Assembly: GCA_963848135.1 (NCBI GenBank)
Contig: CAWKCK010000012.1
Location: 30,061-94,060 of the forward strand
DNA: 64,000 bases
Direction of reading: 5' to 3'
From: an uncultured delta proteobacterium
GTDB lineage: Bacteria > Desulfobacterota > Desulfobacteria > Desulfobacterales > SG8-13
Both the position numbers and the translations under genes were made by a program. A model generated the notes under the pieces. That model did not search any database and had not been told where the DNA came from. It was given only the letters and a program-made list of their open reading frames with translations. Numbering within the stretch: position 1 is the stretch's first letter; every line of letters begins with the position of its first letter. Positions 10,145 through 21,873 of this stretch are shown one piece after another.

Positions 10145-11539
10145 TTATCCGAGAGACGTCCCCGCATAGGCCTCTTTCAAGATTTCGACCGGATGCGCCA
10201 CTGGATACGGCAGCAACTGGTTGAACTGCAAGCGGCAACTCAGGCATTCTGTTACTATACGATCCGGATCGATGTCTCGAATCCGATCCATCAGGCGCTG
10301 TCCCAAGCGGATGGACGAATCGTGAAACGCCTGCTTGAACCCCATGATTCCAGCCATGCCGCAACAGTAAAGCTGCCCATCAATGGCTTCCAAATCGATA
10401 GCCGGTATCAGGTTCAGCAACTCAATGTATGGGCTGCCGATATTCTGCTCTCTTCCATGGCAAGGCGCAAAGTAAACCATCCGGCCGATGACGCGATTCG
10501 GAGCGGGTTCGAGGCCCCCGCTCTCATGCAATAACTTCATATATTCACCCAGGTCGAAGGTGTGCTCGGCCACACGGACACGGTCCCTGGCGCTGAATCC
10601 TGAAAAGTAGCCGTCATCTTTCAATATCTTGCCATAGATCGACGTTTGCAGTGCAACGAATCCGGTATTTCCGGAGTCGATAGCGCGGTCTCCATCGGAA
10701 GGGATTTTCAGAACTTTCCTGTCGCCGCCGACTGCTTCCTGGTATTCGGCCGAATAGTAAGCGCCTTCAATCAACAGTTTCTTAAACATGAACCCGCAAG
10801 TGGGGCATGAGCAGACGATGTCATAGCCGTCATCAACGGCTTCTTTCAATAAATTTAAATTGGTCTCCGCAAACTTTAAGGTTAATTTTCGGTCCCCTTC
10901 CAACAGGGTCGGCATACCGCAACATTTCTGCTTGGGGACATAGACGTCGACGTCGTTTTTTTCGAGAACCGCCACCGCTGCTTTCGGCACCTCTGGAAAT
11001 AGATAGCGGCCGGTACATCCGACGAAAAAAGCGACTTTTCTATTTCTTCCCGGGTTGGTCTTTACATTTAGACGGTGTCGGGCGGCCCAGGCGGAAAAAT
11101 TTTCCCGGGGAAATTCAGGAAATCTTCGTTCAGGATGAATTCCGACCAATGTCTTCACGAGATGGCTTGACGATTTATGGCTTAGCAGTGCGTTGAACAA
11201 ACCGGGGAAGGTTCCGCAGGTTCTGCCGATACGTTCCACATCTTCGATGGTGCGCACACCATATTTGAGCCCGTCACGATCGATAAATCGGGTCTTGGCC
11301 GCGATGATATCCGCCCGGATGTTCGGGCAGGGACACAGTGCACAGAAGTTGCACCGATCGACCAGCTGCCTGAGGGCCTGTGGAGTAATCGATTCCCCGG
11401 TCTCTTGCTCCCGGTCCCAGAGCCGATAGAGTTCGGGGAAGAAGAGGCAGTCGGCGTCCATCAAGTGCCGGCAGACGTCACAGTCCGTGCATGCGTCCAC
11501 CACTTCACGAATCTTATTTTCTGGATTGAAACTTTCCAT
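10145..11539 (-). CDS. GlpC/HdrD-like Fe-S oxidoreductase (2x[4Fe-4S] plus two CCG domains)
   Basis: CTDCDVC, CNFCALCPCP, FVGC, CCGMP, CPTC, PCH, CCGMAG and ECLSC. Confidence 0.88.
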   Translation of the reverse strand: MESFNPENKIREVVDACTDCDVCRHLMDADCLFFPELYRLWDREQETGESITPQALRQLVDRCNFCALCPCPNIRADIIAAKTRFIDRDGLKYGVRTIEDVERIGRTCGTFPGLFNALLSHKSSSHLVKTLVGIHPERRFPEFPRENFSAWAARHRLNVKTNPGRNRKVAFFVGCTGRYLFPEVPKAAVAVLEKNDVDVYVPKQKCCGMPTLLEGDRKLTLKFAETNLNLLKEAVDDGYDIVCSCPTCGFMFKKLLIEGAYYSAEYQEAVGGDRKVLKIPSDGDRAIDSGNTGFVALQTSIYGKILKDDGYFSGFSARDRVRVAEHTFDLGEYMKLLHESGGLEPAPNRVIGRMVYFAPCHGREQNIGSPYIELLNLIPAIDLEAIDGQLYCCGMAGIMGFKQAFHDSSIRLGQRLMDRIRDIDPDRIVTECLSCRLQFNQLLPYPVAHPVEILKEAYAGTSLG

Positions 11540-11819
11540 CCTTTTACTCGTAAAGCCACCAGGATCTCATCAAGGTATTGATTGGTATGCATTGATCGGA
11601 GAGATCATTATTACCCAAGGCTCGAATTTATGAAAAACGTATATAAAAGAGGTCAGTTTGACTGTGTTGTTTTGAATCTCACGCCCGCGGCCAGTACAAA
11701 ATTACGGCTACGCCTATCAACGCAATAATCCCTCCGATAATGTCAAACCTGTCCGGTGTTATGCCGTCGATTTTCCAACCCCACATAAAGGAGACAAATG
11801 GATAGAAAATAATTATCGA

Positions 11820-12224
11820 TCATTGCCCGGTCTCTTTGGGCACGCCGAGTTTCTCGAAGGCGGCAACAATACTCTTTTTGTCCAAGAAACCCACGTGACG
11901 TTGGACCTCCCTGCCAGATTTATCATAAAATATTTGAGTCGGAATCGCACGGATACTGAAACGTTGCGCCTGTTCCCGGTGCTTCCAGACATCGATGAAG
12001 ATAATGGAGGCACGGCCCGCATACTCATTTTGAAGTTCTCTGATAATGGGGGCCATCATCTTGCAGGGGATGCATTTGTTCGCACCAAGATCCACCATGG
12101 TGGCAACACCCGGGGTAGGTACCGTTGGTATGACAGTGTTCTTTAAGTCGCCGGCCAATGATGGTGACGCCGTCCAGAAAGCGAGAATCATCCAGCCGAA
12201 GAACACCATGATCGTTCTTTTCAT
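11820..12224 (-). CDS. Exported thioredoxin-family protein
   Basis: Signal peptide MKRTIMVFF...SLA; DLGANKCIPCKMM; AIPTQIF; GAGGAAGG RBS. Confidence 0.9.
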   Translation of the reverse strand: MKRTIMVFFGWMILAFWTASPSLAGDLKNTVIPTVPTPGVATMVDLGANKCIPCKMMAPIIRELQNEYAGRASIIFIDVWKHREQAQRFSIRAIPTQIFYDKSGREVQRHVGFLDKKSIVAAFEKLGVPKETGQ

Positions 12225-12238
12225 TCTTCTTCCTTCCT

Positions 12239-13329
12239 CTATGGCTTGCAGGTCATGTGGCACACACCGGTTGGAGTTTCCAATGCGTAAGGGAAGTATT
12301 TGCGCTTGAACCACAGGGCGGCATTTACCAGGGAGATGAGTACCGGCACCTCCACAAGGGGGCCGATCACAGCGGCAAATGCCTGGCCTGAATCCAGGCC
12401 GAAGACGGCCACGGCCACGGCGATGGCCAGCTCGAAGTTGTTGGACGCGGCGGTAAAGGACAACGTGGTGGCCTGTTCGTACGTGGCCCTGGCCTTCATG
12501 GAAAGCCAGAAGGAGACGAAGAACATGATGACAAAATAGATGCACAGCGGGATGGCCACCCGCACCACATCCAAGGGTAACTGAACGATATATTCACCCT
12601 TTAGGGAAAACATCACCAGAATGGTAAAGAGCAGGGCGATCAGGGTAATGGGGCTGATCTTGGGAATGAACTGGGTCTCGTAGCGTTCGACCCCCACGGT
12701 TTTCAAGCCGATTAACCGCGAAAGCACACCGCCGATGAAAGGAATTCCCAAATAGATAAAGACGCTTTCGGCGATCTGGCCGATGGAGATATCCACCTCC
12801 ATTCCCTCCAGGCCCATCCACGGGGAAGCACAGTTATAAAGATATAAGCGTAAACTGAAAAAAAGAGTACCTGGAAGATGGAGTTAAAGGCCACCAGGCC
12901 CGCACAGTATTCCCGGTCGCCGCTGGCCAGATCGTTCCAGACGATGACCATGGCGATGCAGCGCGCCAGACCGATCAGAATCAATCCCACCATGTATTCC
13001 TGGTGCCCGGACAAAAAAGCGATGGCTAAAAGGAACATCAGGATCGGGCCGATGATCCAGTTTTGTACCAGGGACAGGGCCAGCACCTTGACATCGCGGA
13101 ACACGAAACCCAGTTTTTCATACTTCACCTTGGCCAGCGGCGGGTACATCATCAGGATCAGGCCCACGGCGATGGGAATGTTGGTGGTGCCCACGGAAAA
13201 ACGATTGATGAAACTCTTGATTTCCGGAAACAGATAACCGCTCCCAACACCCACAAACATGGCCAAAAAGATCCACAGGGTGAGAAAGCGGTCCAGAAAA
13301 CTTAACTTACGTATGGTGGCGTCGGTCAT
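12239..13329 (-). CDS. acr3: ACR3-family arsenite efflux permease (one frameshift near 12820)
   Basis: [30 protein letters not shown] in one frame; [11 protein letters not shown] and GPLVEVPVL in the next. Confidence 0.95.
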
Positions 13330-13519
13330 AAGTCCTCCTTAAGCATGTGAATCAGACTTGTTACTTTTAACAAATGTTGTTCGGCAGAGAGGTATGAATA
13401 TGCGACATAGAGAGTTCAAAAAGTCCACTCTTTACGGCATTAGATTAATCAGGAAATGCTTTTAAAAAATTGATTAAAATCTTTAAGTGGCCCTTGTTTG
13501 CGTTTTCATGAGAGGGCAC

Positions 13520-14229
13520 TCACGTTCCACTAAAAAATGGGCTGATAATGAAAAATATGCCCAATAATACGATGATAAGTCCAGCACCGCGTTGGAACCA
13601 CAATCTACCTTTTGCCAAACATTGTTTTCCGTAATCCTTCGCACCAATGCCGTGGAACTGCCTGCAACGGAAATAGGAACACAATGCCCCACCGCAAATA
13701 GGATCATCATTACCGACCCGGCCACAATCTTTTGCTGCACGGTGACAATGGCCAGAATGGGCGCGATAAAACCGAAAGTGAAGGAACCCGAGAGAATACC
13801 GTAGGCCAGGCCCAACCCGAAGGCGCCATGGATGCCGCGCAGATTGAGCCGGTAGAGCAGGGACCCGGACATAGAGCAGGCCTGTACACCCAACATGCCA
13901 AGGGCCACCCAGATCAAAAAGATGCCCACAAGCACCTGCCACCAGGTGCCCACGTCCCCAAGCATGCGGCCCAGCAGGGTGCACACGACGCCCACCACGG
14001 CGATGGTGATGAACAGCCCCATTGAAAAAGCGATGGCATACCAGGCGGCTCGGCGTGGGTTAACAGCGGTCTGCTGGCCGCCCACATACGCCACGATCAG
14101 CGGGATCGAGGCCAGGTGGCACGGCGAAAACAGCACGCTGACCATGCCCCAGGCAAAGGCCCCGGCAAAGGCGAAAGCCGATCCGGCAGTCATCCATTGA
14201 TGCACTACAAGAAAAAATTGGTCGAACAT
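13520..14229 (-). CDS. ccdA: CcdA/DsbD-family thiol:disulfide transporter (frameshift near 13605)
   Basis: SVLFSPCHLASIPLIVAY; about six TM segments; C-terminus continues in another frame (WFQRGAGLIIVLLG). Confidence 0.85.
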
Positions 14230-14257
14230 ATCGTCATAAGGTTTTTGAAAAACAGGG

Positions 14258-14786
14258 TTAATCGTTGAAACTAAAATGACTTAGATATTCCTCGAGTTGC
14301 TTGTGCAGCAGAGCTCAAGGCGAGACAGGCGTCAATACCCTTGGTCCCTTCGGCTAGCCGGGTTGCGAAGACCATGCAAGTGGACTCACCACAATCACGG
14401 CAGTTCGTTCTGGGCAACCGCTTCAGAATTTCGATGACCTGCGGCCGGGAGGCCCCCTCGAAGGTGGGTTTGATATGTTCCCGATTCTCCCAGGCGTCGT
14501 TGATTTCACGCTTGAGCCAGGCCACGATCTTATCCGCCTCGGCCTCGTCCTTCAGGGCATTAACCGCGATCTTGCGGCCGTGAACGGTTACCAGCTTACC
14601 CTGCGCCTTAAAAGTGACCGAGGGCGGATCCGGGACGTACTCGAATCCACCCAGGACTGTTTTCAGGTAGGGCAGCGCAGCGCTGACATCCTGTGACAGA
14701 TGGGCGATACACTGCAGCGTTATGGCACCCGGCATGCACTCGTTGTTGAAAATTTCGAGGCGGTAGTCTCTCAGCAGCATTACCAT
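14258..14786 (-). CDS. Fe-S cluster-binding protein (LPxxNCxxCGxxxC domain); C-terminal frameshift
   Basis: LPRTNCRDCGESTCMVFA...C; alternative-frame tail KQLEEYLSHFSFND*. Confidence 0.8.
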
Positions 14787-14828
14787 CTCTCCTTATTTTT
14801 TACACCATAATCTGGTTGACTTATGATT

Positions 14829-15062
14829 TTATTCTTTGAGCCAGGCCAGAACCTCTTCCTTTTTGGGTATCTTGCCCACCGATTTGACCTCACCGTCGAT
14901 TACCACCGCGGGTGTGCCGAACACCCCGTAGTCGGCAATTTTCATCACATCGGTAACCTTTTCGATATCAGCGGCGACGCCAGCTTCGGAAACCGCATCC
15001 TTGACCACTTTTTCTGTTTGCTGGCATCTGGGACAGCCAGGGCCCAGTACTTTGATTTCCAT
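14829..15062 (-). CDS. Small redox-active disulfide protein (MTH895-like thioredoxin fold)
   Basis: MEIKVLGPGCPRC...GTPAVVIDG. Confidence 0.93.
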   Translation of the reverse strand: MEIKVLGPGCPRCQQTEKVVKDAVSEAGVAADIEKVTDVMKIADYGVFGTPAVVIDGEVKSVGKIPKKEEVLAWLKE

Positions 15063-15161
15063 GATGTCTCTCCTTATAAATTAATTGTGGATGCAGATTA
15101 ATGCAGTCATTTTCAGATTTAGAATTTCATCTAAATATTAAACTTTGTTTTTGTCATCGTC

Positions 15162-15668
15162 TTACTGCTTTAGGTTCCCGGCACTCTGAAGCCAGTCTTT
15201 CAGAGTGCTTTTCGGCGGCACTTTACCGGCGGCCATGACCTTATCATTGATCACCAGGCCGGCATGGCCATCACGCCATAAGTGCCAATTTTAACGGATC
15301 GCGCACGTGTTCCAGGTCGGCTTTGATCTGCAATTCCGCCAAGAGGGACATGAGATCCTGCTCCAGGCGTTCGCAGTTAGGACATCCCGGCCCGAGCACC
15401 TTGATTTGCACCAAGTCTGGATTGATGGGTTCCTCGAAGGGTTCGCCCACAAACTTTTTGTATTCTCTTAAAAAGGCGGTCCGGTAGTCCGCCCTGGCTT
15501 TGGGTACCATATACTTTCTTTTTGACAGTCGTGTCATCAATTCATCGGCTATTTCGTCATCCGGTTTCCGGAAAATTCTCCGGCAATTTCCTCGATCACC
15601 TTGTTCAGGTCGATGATGCCGGTGCGGTGTCCCGCTATCATGATCTGCGTTACTTCTGTTGATGTCAT
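15162..15668 (-). CDS. Two-domain protein with C-terminal MTH895-like thioredoxin domain (frameshifted)
   Basis: MTSTEVTQIMIAGHRTGII, then IKVLGPGCPNC, then GLVINDKVMAAGKVP, spread over different frames. Confidence 0.8.
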
Positions 15669-15689
15669 GTAGGCTTCATCCTTTTAAGA

Positions 15690-15778
15690 TCAGATGAGAC
15701 GTGGATTTTAGCAGATGAACACAGTAAAGAAATAATTTGATAACTCTGTGTCAACCAGCGCTATATCTGCGTCTCAAT
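15690..15778. repeat. REP-like imperfect palindrome
   Basis: TGAGACGTGGAT...ACACAG and CTGTGT...ATCTGCGTCTCA inverted arms; resembles the element at 31.1-31.3 kb. Confidence 0.5.
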
Positions 15779-17163
15779 CTATCCAGTCAAAGATCCGAAG
15801 ATTATACCGCTGATTGTCGCCATCACCACCACCAAACTGACGAATACAATGGTTTTCTGGGTACCGAGAACGCTGCGGATCACCAGCATGTTGGGGAGAC
15901 TCAGTGCCGGGCCGGCCAGCAGCAACGCCAGTGCCGGGCCTTTGCCCATGCCGGCGCCGATCAATCCTTGCAGGATCGGCACTTCGGTCAGGGTCGCAAA
16001 GTACATGAAGGCACCCACCACCGAAGCAAACAGGTTGGCCCACAGGGAGTTGCCGCCTACCAGGCCGCTGACCCACGTGGAAGGAATCAACCCTTCTGCG
16101 CCCGGTCGCCCAGCAGCAGTCCGGCCACAAGAACGCCCGCCAACAGCAATGGCAAAATCTGTTTGGCAAAGTCCCAGGTAGCCATAAACCACGATTCGGT
16201 TTCTCCACGGGTGGTGGTGGTCAAAACCGCCAAAGCGATAATGCCGGTCGAAAAGGCGATCAACGGTTCGTGCCGGAAGACAAGCGCCAAAATCAGAACC
16301 ATCACGGCTGCCATCGCCACTTTGAAAGCCTTGACGTTAAACCATTTTACGAGCAACACACCGAGAACAACGGCAAAAAACCCGGTCACAAGCCACTTGA
16401 CCGAATAGATCGTGTACCATAGGCCAACCTGTTCTTCCGGACGGCCCCAGGTGGCGAAGATCAGAATCCCGACCATGGTGGCGAAATAGATCATATTCTG
16501 CCACAAGGGGCGCTCCACCTCTGGCGCTGGCATGTGCAGGGCGGCCTCGGCTTTGGCCTGCTCTTCTTTGCGATAAAGCCAGTGCATGATCAACCCGATA
16601 ATCACACTGAAGACGATGGCCCCCACAGCCCGGGCCAGACCGAGTTCGGCCCGGAATTCGAGCAGTGAGCACGATGGCCAAAATATTGATGGCCGGACCG
16701 GAATACAAAAACGCGATGGCTGGCCCCAGACCTGCACCGCGCTTCCAAATTCCAGCGAAAAGCGGTAGCACCGTGCAGGAGCATACCGCCAGGATGGTAC
16801 CTGACACAGAAGCCACCCCGTACGACATGACTTTTTTGGCACTTGCGCCGAGGTATTTCATTACAGCCGCCTGGGAGACGAATACGGATATGGCTCCGGC
16901 AATGAAAAAGGCCGGCACCAGGCAGAGCAGCGCGTGCTCCTGCGCATACCACTTGGCCAGGGCCAGGGATTCGATCATCGCGCCGGTGAACCGGCTGCTT
17001 TCCAGCGGCAACCAGAAAAAATCAGAAAAATACCGGTGATGATGCTCAGCGGCTTCCAGATTGTTTTCCAGTCGATCAGGCTGGGTTCGGATGTCTTCTC
17101 TGAGGTGGTTTCGGATCCGGTAAAAGTTTTTTTATCCTCTGTAATCGACAGTCCGTTACTCAT
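15779..17163 (-). CDS. arsP: ArsP-like (DUF318) permease, several frameshifts
   Basis: CLVPAFFIAGAI, LAVCSCTVLPLFAGI, YSGPAINILA, MYFATLTEVPI and LLAGPALSLPNM across four frames; directly downstream of arsR. Confidence 0.85.
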
Positions 17164-17280
17164 GACTTGTCCTTCCACAATACTTTTTGGTTTTCCGTTG
17201 ACGCAGATACTGCAGCAAAATCTGCGAGAGAGCAAAAAAGCTATATATTGTAATATATCAATTTAGCGGAGCCAAAAAAA

Positions 17281-17628
17281 TTAGCTCCTGGCACAAATAT
17301 CAAAGCGATTGAATTTAGGTAATCTATCCGTCAATTCACTGATCGCCGGTTCATCGTTGAGCCAGTGTCGAAGGTTTCCAAGAAGACTCGCCACATAAGG
17401 GTTATCCCGGCCATCAGTCAGGTAATAATTGACCCATAGGCCGTCTTTATCAAACCCGACGATACCCGCTTCTTCCAGTATTTTAAGGTGTTTGGAAACC
17501 ATGGTCTGGGAGATACCCAGAACTCCCTGCAGCTCGCAGACGCACATCGTTTTATGCTGGAGGAGTTTGACGATTTTGACCCGGTTCGGATCGGACAAGG
17601 CCTTCATGACTTTGATGAATGGTTTCAT
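17281..17628 (-). CDS. arsR: ArsR/SmtB metalloregulator
   Basis: KALSDPNRVKI, MCVCEL As(III) box, VSKHLKIL. Confidence 0.95.
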   Translation of the reverse strand: MKPFIKVMKALSDPNRVKIVKLLQHKTMCVCELQGVLGISQTMVSKHLKILEEAGIVGFDKDGLWVNYYLTDGRDNPYVASLLGNLRHWLNDEPAISELTDRLPKFNRFDICARS

Positions 17629-17638
17629 TGGAGCTCCT

Positions 17639-17684
17639 ATATAGCTTTATGGCAATATATAGATTTATTATCTTATTTTGTCAA
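17639..17684 (-). promoter_or_regulatory. Sigma70 promoter and probable ArsR operator of the ars operon
   Basis: TTGACA-17 nt-TATATA on the minus strand; imperfect palindrome ATATAGC-tttatg-GCAATAT overlapping -10/+1. Confidence 0.65.
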
Positions 17685-17985
17685 TTAAAAATTATATAAT
17701 GATCGGTGGGTGTGGATGACTGTGTCGAACTGCAACCAATAGTTTTTTACTTGACCGAAATACCACACAGTGGTAACAATAAAAAAAGTATAAACGCTGC
17801 TGAGCCAGATGTTTGGGCGGAAAGGCACTCTCGATCCAATTTGAGAAATTCGCCCGGGTTTCGACTCAGTCATCACTGTTCAGCGCAACATACCGAACTG
17901 AATCGGTGCATGTGCCTTCCCACGCGGCATCTGAATTCCTTCCTCTGCTTTTCCTACCCTCCGCACCGACTAAAAGGAGCGCTCC

Positions 17986-18967
17986 ATGAGTTTGCTATTT
18001 TTAGCGCACAGACGCTCTCGAACCCCTATTTTTATCCTAACCGGATTCATCTTACTTTTTTTTCTCGGGTGCGGCAGTGAAACCGGCTACAAACAAATCG
18101 ATTTTTCCCAGACAGTAAAAGTCGATCAACCTGAGCCGCCCGCGAGCGATAATCCAAAATTACGTGTGGCGGTTGCCGCCATGATTTCCCCGAAGGAAAC
18201 CCTATCCTATTATCGGGATCTTCTCGATTATATCGGCCGAAAACTCGGCACCGACATTACACTGATCCAGCGCCGAACTTACAGTGAGATAAACGAGCTC
18301 TTTCCCAAAGGGGAAATCGACCTGGCATTTATTTGCACGGGTCCGTATGCCGTTGGCAAGGAAGTCTTTGGGTTCGATGGGCTGGCAACACCTGTGGTTC
18401 GGGGAGAACCCTTCTACCAGAGTTATCTCATTGTACATAAGGACAAAGGTTTTAAGAGCCTTTCGGATTTGGAAGGGCGCGTGTTCGCTTTCACCGATCC
18501 AGAGTCAAACACCGGCGCATTGGTGCCGAAATTTTGGTTGATGGAACGCAACCAAACCCCCGAAACTTTTTTCAGGGAAGTCAATTTTACATACAGCCAT
18601 GACAATTCGATTCTGGCCGTTGCCAAAGGTCTTGTCGACGGCGCAGCGGTCGACGGACACTTGTGGGAATATTATAATCAGAGGAATCCTTTCTACACCT
18701 CGATGACGCGAGTCATTAAAAAATCGAGACCTTTTGGGAGTCCGCCTTTAGTGGGCCTCCGCGTATCTTTCCGTTCATGTGAAGAAACAAATTCGACAAC
18801 TCCTTTTGACGATGCACCAGGAAGCCGAAGGGCGCGAAATTCTTGGTGAGCTCATGATCGACCGGTTCATGGCGCCCGAGGATTCCTGGTATGAACCCGT
18901 AAAGGAGATTTACCGGCAAGTACTTTCTAATCCCCTTAACCGGCATGATGAAACCGAAAAGTCTTAA
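17986..18967 (+). CDS. PhnD-family periplasmic oxyanion-binding lipoprotein, AioX/ArxX-like (frameshift near 18750)
   Basis: Lipobox-like FLGC; LIQRRTYSEIN; DLAFICTGPY with the Cys equivalent to the AioX As(III) ligand; DPESNTG; YSHDNSI; tail is in ORF 18779..18967. Confidence 0.88.
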
Positions 18968-21173
18968 AAATACGCTTCTCCTCACCGTAGCGATTCTTGT
19001 GGTCATCAGCGGGCTGATTATTTCGCAGATCGTCACCCATCGCTATAGTGTCAGCTTGATCGAAGGGGCTGTCGCCCGGGCGGAGAATATCGCCCATAGC
19101 CTGAGCCTCGATTCCGCCGACACTATTTTACTCAATGATCGCGTCGGATTGCAAAAACTCCTGGACGATCAAATGATCAGCTCGCCGGACGTCGCCTATA
19201 TCTTTGTCGTCAAAAACGGCAGAGTGCTCAGCCATACATTTACCGGCGGGGTACCGGTTCAACTCATAGATGCTAATTCTGTATCAGACGGTGACAGCCA
19301 GCACCTCGAAAAGTTTGTCTCCGAAAATAACGATCATTTTCTTGATATTGCCTGGCCTATATTCGGCGGCAAAGCCGGTGTCCTGCGGCTGGGTCTTTCA
19401 GAGGCACCCTACCGGGCGCAAGTAAGGGATTTGTGGCTCCAGATGAGCTTGATTTCCTTCGGTATCTTGCTGCTATCCCTATTGGTCAGCCACCTGTTCA
19501 TACACCGGTTAACTCAACCTCTTATCAAGCTGGCGAATGCGGCCGAGAAGATCGATGAAGGGAATCTCGATTCCGAAATCAGCGTGCAAGGCCGAACTGA
19601 GGTGACCAGGCTGGCGACGGCCTTCAACCGGATGCTCGTCCGACTGAACGACTACACCGCGAGGCTTCAGGACACCAACTGCCGTTTGGAAGTTCAACAC
19701 TGCGACCTCGACAAGGCCCACCAGCGCATGACCACGGCCCTTTCGATCTCCCGGGAAGTATCCGCCCTGCCGAGCCTGTGCGACCTGTCCGATTATCTCC
19801 TGAAGGCTTTGGGCAATATCGTTGAATGCCGCAACATGGCGCTGATGGTTATCAGGGGTGAGGATGCCGACCTATTTCTGTCAACCGGGAAAAAAGTTGG
19901 GCCCACAACAGCAAACTCTTATGCTCCGGTTGTTGATAAAATTGTCTCACTCATCTCGGTCGGATTTTTCCGAAAGAAAGATTTCCCTGACATGATGTTG
20001 CCGGAAAACATGCGAAAAGCAGAAAAAATCGCCGTGTTTCCCCTCCAGCATCGTGGGCAGACATCAGGCGCCTTGATTATTGGATGCCCGGGGGAATGCA
20101 AATGCGTCAATAAAGACCTCGAGGTCATCGAACTCATCCTCCAGCAAACTGCCGGGGCTATACACCGCGCCGCTCTGAATGAAGAAGAAGTGCGCAATCT
20201 CAAAGGGCGCGTGGACGCTATCTCCGGCTTCGACGAATTGGTGGGTCGAGACCCCAAACTTCAGGTCATTTACAAGCTTATCGAGGACGTTGCCCCAACC
20301 GATGCCACTGTATTGATTCAAGGCGAAAGTGGTACCGGTAAAGAATTGGTCGCTCGCGCCATACACCGCGTCAGTCATCGCAATGGCAAACCCTTTGTGG
20401 TGATCAATTGCTCGGCTTATCCGAAGACTTTACTGGAAAGTGAACTGTTCGGTCACGAAAAAGGGGCGTTTACCGGTGCTTTGCGTAGAAAAAAAGGTCG
20501 ATTCGAGCTGGCCGACGACGGGACTGTATTTTTAGACGAAATTGGAGAGATATCTGCCTCGGCCCAGATCAAATTGCTTAGGGTTTTGCAGAGTCACAAA
20601 TTTGAGCGCGTCGGCGGAGAAGATTCGATAGGCGTAAATGTCCGGATACTGGCGGCCACCAACAAGGATCTACTTAAGGAGGTCAATGCCGGTCGTTTTC
20701 GCGAGGATTTATATTATCGATTAAACGTCATCCCTATCAATTTACCCCCTCTCCGGGAGCGCGCCAACGACATACCGCTTTTGGCCCGCTTTTTTGTTGA
20801 CCAGTTTAGCAAAGAACAGGGTAAACCCGTGGAGAAAATCAGCTCTGAGGCCATGCGCAGGCTTCTTGGATATCTCTGGCCGGGGAATGTGCGTGAACTG
20901 GAAAACAGTATTGAACATGGGGTTGTGCTCGCTAAAAACTTCCAGATTGAAGTATCCGATCTGCCTGCGTCCGTCATTGAAGATGCCATCGAAGAACTGG
21001 ACGTTGCCAAACAGAAACAGACTATCATCGAAAACGAAGCACTTTTGGTCCGCGAAGTATTGGAGAGTTGTGACTGGAACAAAACAACGGCTGCCTCCCG
21101 TCTGGGAATCAGCCGAAGCACCCTTTACGAAAAACTGAAAAAATATCAAATCCGCAAGCCCACCATTCATTGA
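18945..21173 (+). CDS. Membrane-anchored sigma54-dependent activator (TM-periplasmic domain-TM-HAMP-GAF-like-AAA+-Fis HTH)
   Basis: Two hydrophobic segments; HAMP ([17 protein letters not shown]...[12 protein letters not shown]); [34 protein letters not shown]; [20 protein letters not shown]; single intact 742-aa ORF. Confidence 0.93.
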   Translation: MMKPKSLKNTLLLTVAILVVISGLIISQIVTHRYSVSLIEGAVARAENIAHSLSLDSADTILLNDRVGLQKLLDDQMISSPDVAYIFVVKNGRVLSHTFTGGVPVQLIDANSVSDGDSQHLEKFVSENNDHFLDIAWPIFGGKAGVLRLGLSEAPYRAQVRDLWLQMSLISFGILLLSLLVSHLFIHRLTQPLIKLANAAEKIDEGNLDSEISVQGRTEVTRLATAFNRMLVRLNDYTARLQDTNCRLEVQHCDLDKAHQRMTTALSISREVSALPSLCDLSDYLLKALGNIVECRNMALMVIRGEDADLFLSTGKKVGPTTANSYAPVVDKIVSLISVGFFRKKDFPDMMLPENMRKAEKIAVFPLQHRGQTSGALIIGCPGECKCVNKDLEVIELILQQTAGAIHRAALNEEEVRNLKGRVDAISGFDELVGRDPKLQVIYKLIEDVAPTDATVLIQGESGTGKELVARAIHRVSHRNGKPFVVINCSAYPKTLLESELFGHEKGAFTGALRRKKGRFELADDGTVFLDEIGEISASAQIKLLRVLQSHKFERVGGEDSIGVNVRILAATNKDLLKEVNAGRFREDLYYRLNVIPINLPPLRERANDIPLLARFFVDQFSKEQGKPVEKISSEAMRRLLGYLWPGNVRELENSIEHGVVLAKNFQIEVSDLPASVIEDAIEELDVAKQKQTIIENEALLVREVLESCDWNKTTAASRLGISRSTLYEKLKKYQIRKPTIH

Positions 21174-21873
21174 ACATTTAGGAGTCCACATTCCCTTTAC
21201 CGAGCGCTACCCACATGGTGCTTGTATCCAGTTCCTTTTTAAAAAAACTCCAGTAAAATTCCTAATCCACCTTAACCCGGCAATTTCACCAATCGGAAGT
21301 TTCTATAGCCAAGGTATTTCGAGGTGATGCTCCAGTAGTCTACCGGGATCTTCGAATAACCCAGGGCCATGGAATCTTCGGTTGACCCCAAGAGTGAAAT
21401 CTTTTCATCTCTTTCTTTAGATTTTCGGGCGGTACAAAGTGTCCATCGGTTATACGGTTCATGAGTTTGACCAATGCCTCGATATTCATCTTTTTTTGCT
21501 CGGTGAAAAGATTTCATGAAATATTCGGGTTAAGCTACTTTTCCACGGTTTTTTGTCGGTGGTCAGAAAAAAAACGATTTCCAAGACGATATCATCGTTT
21601 GTCCGGTAATGTTGATACACATCATTCGAATTCAGGAACGATATAATTATCTGGAATATATGTTGAATATTTTTAGCCGGATTTCACCGTTCGATTTCCG
21701 GACGCTTCGACCCGTTTAATCCCTTCATACGTCTCCTATTTTTCAGCCCCCATCGTGTCGGCCTTCGGTTTACACAAATGAGTTCAGTAGAAATAACAGT
21801 TAAATTTAAGATAGTTATAATCCTATTGGTGTTTTACTACCTAATCTTCTTTTCGGTAATTTCGGTGCGATAC

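Noticed and set aside
21180-21517. Short minus-strand ORF and fragment faintly like a substrate-binding protein
   Set aside because: Similarity is too weak to support by eye, and the region overlaps the probable enhancer region.
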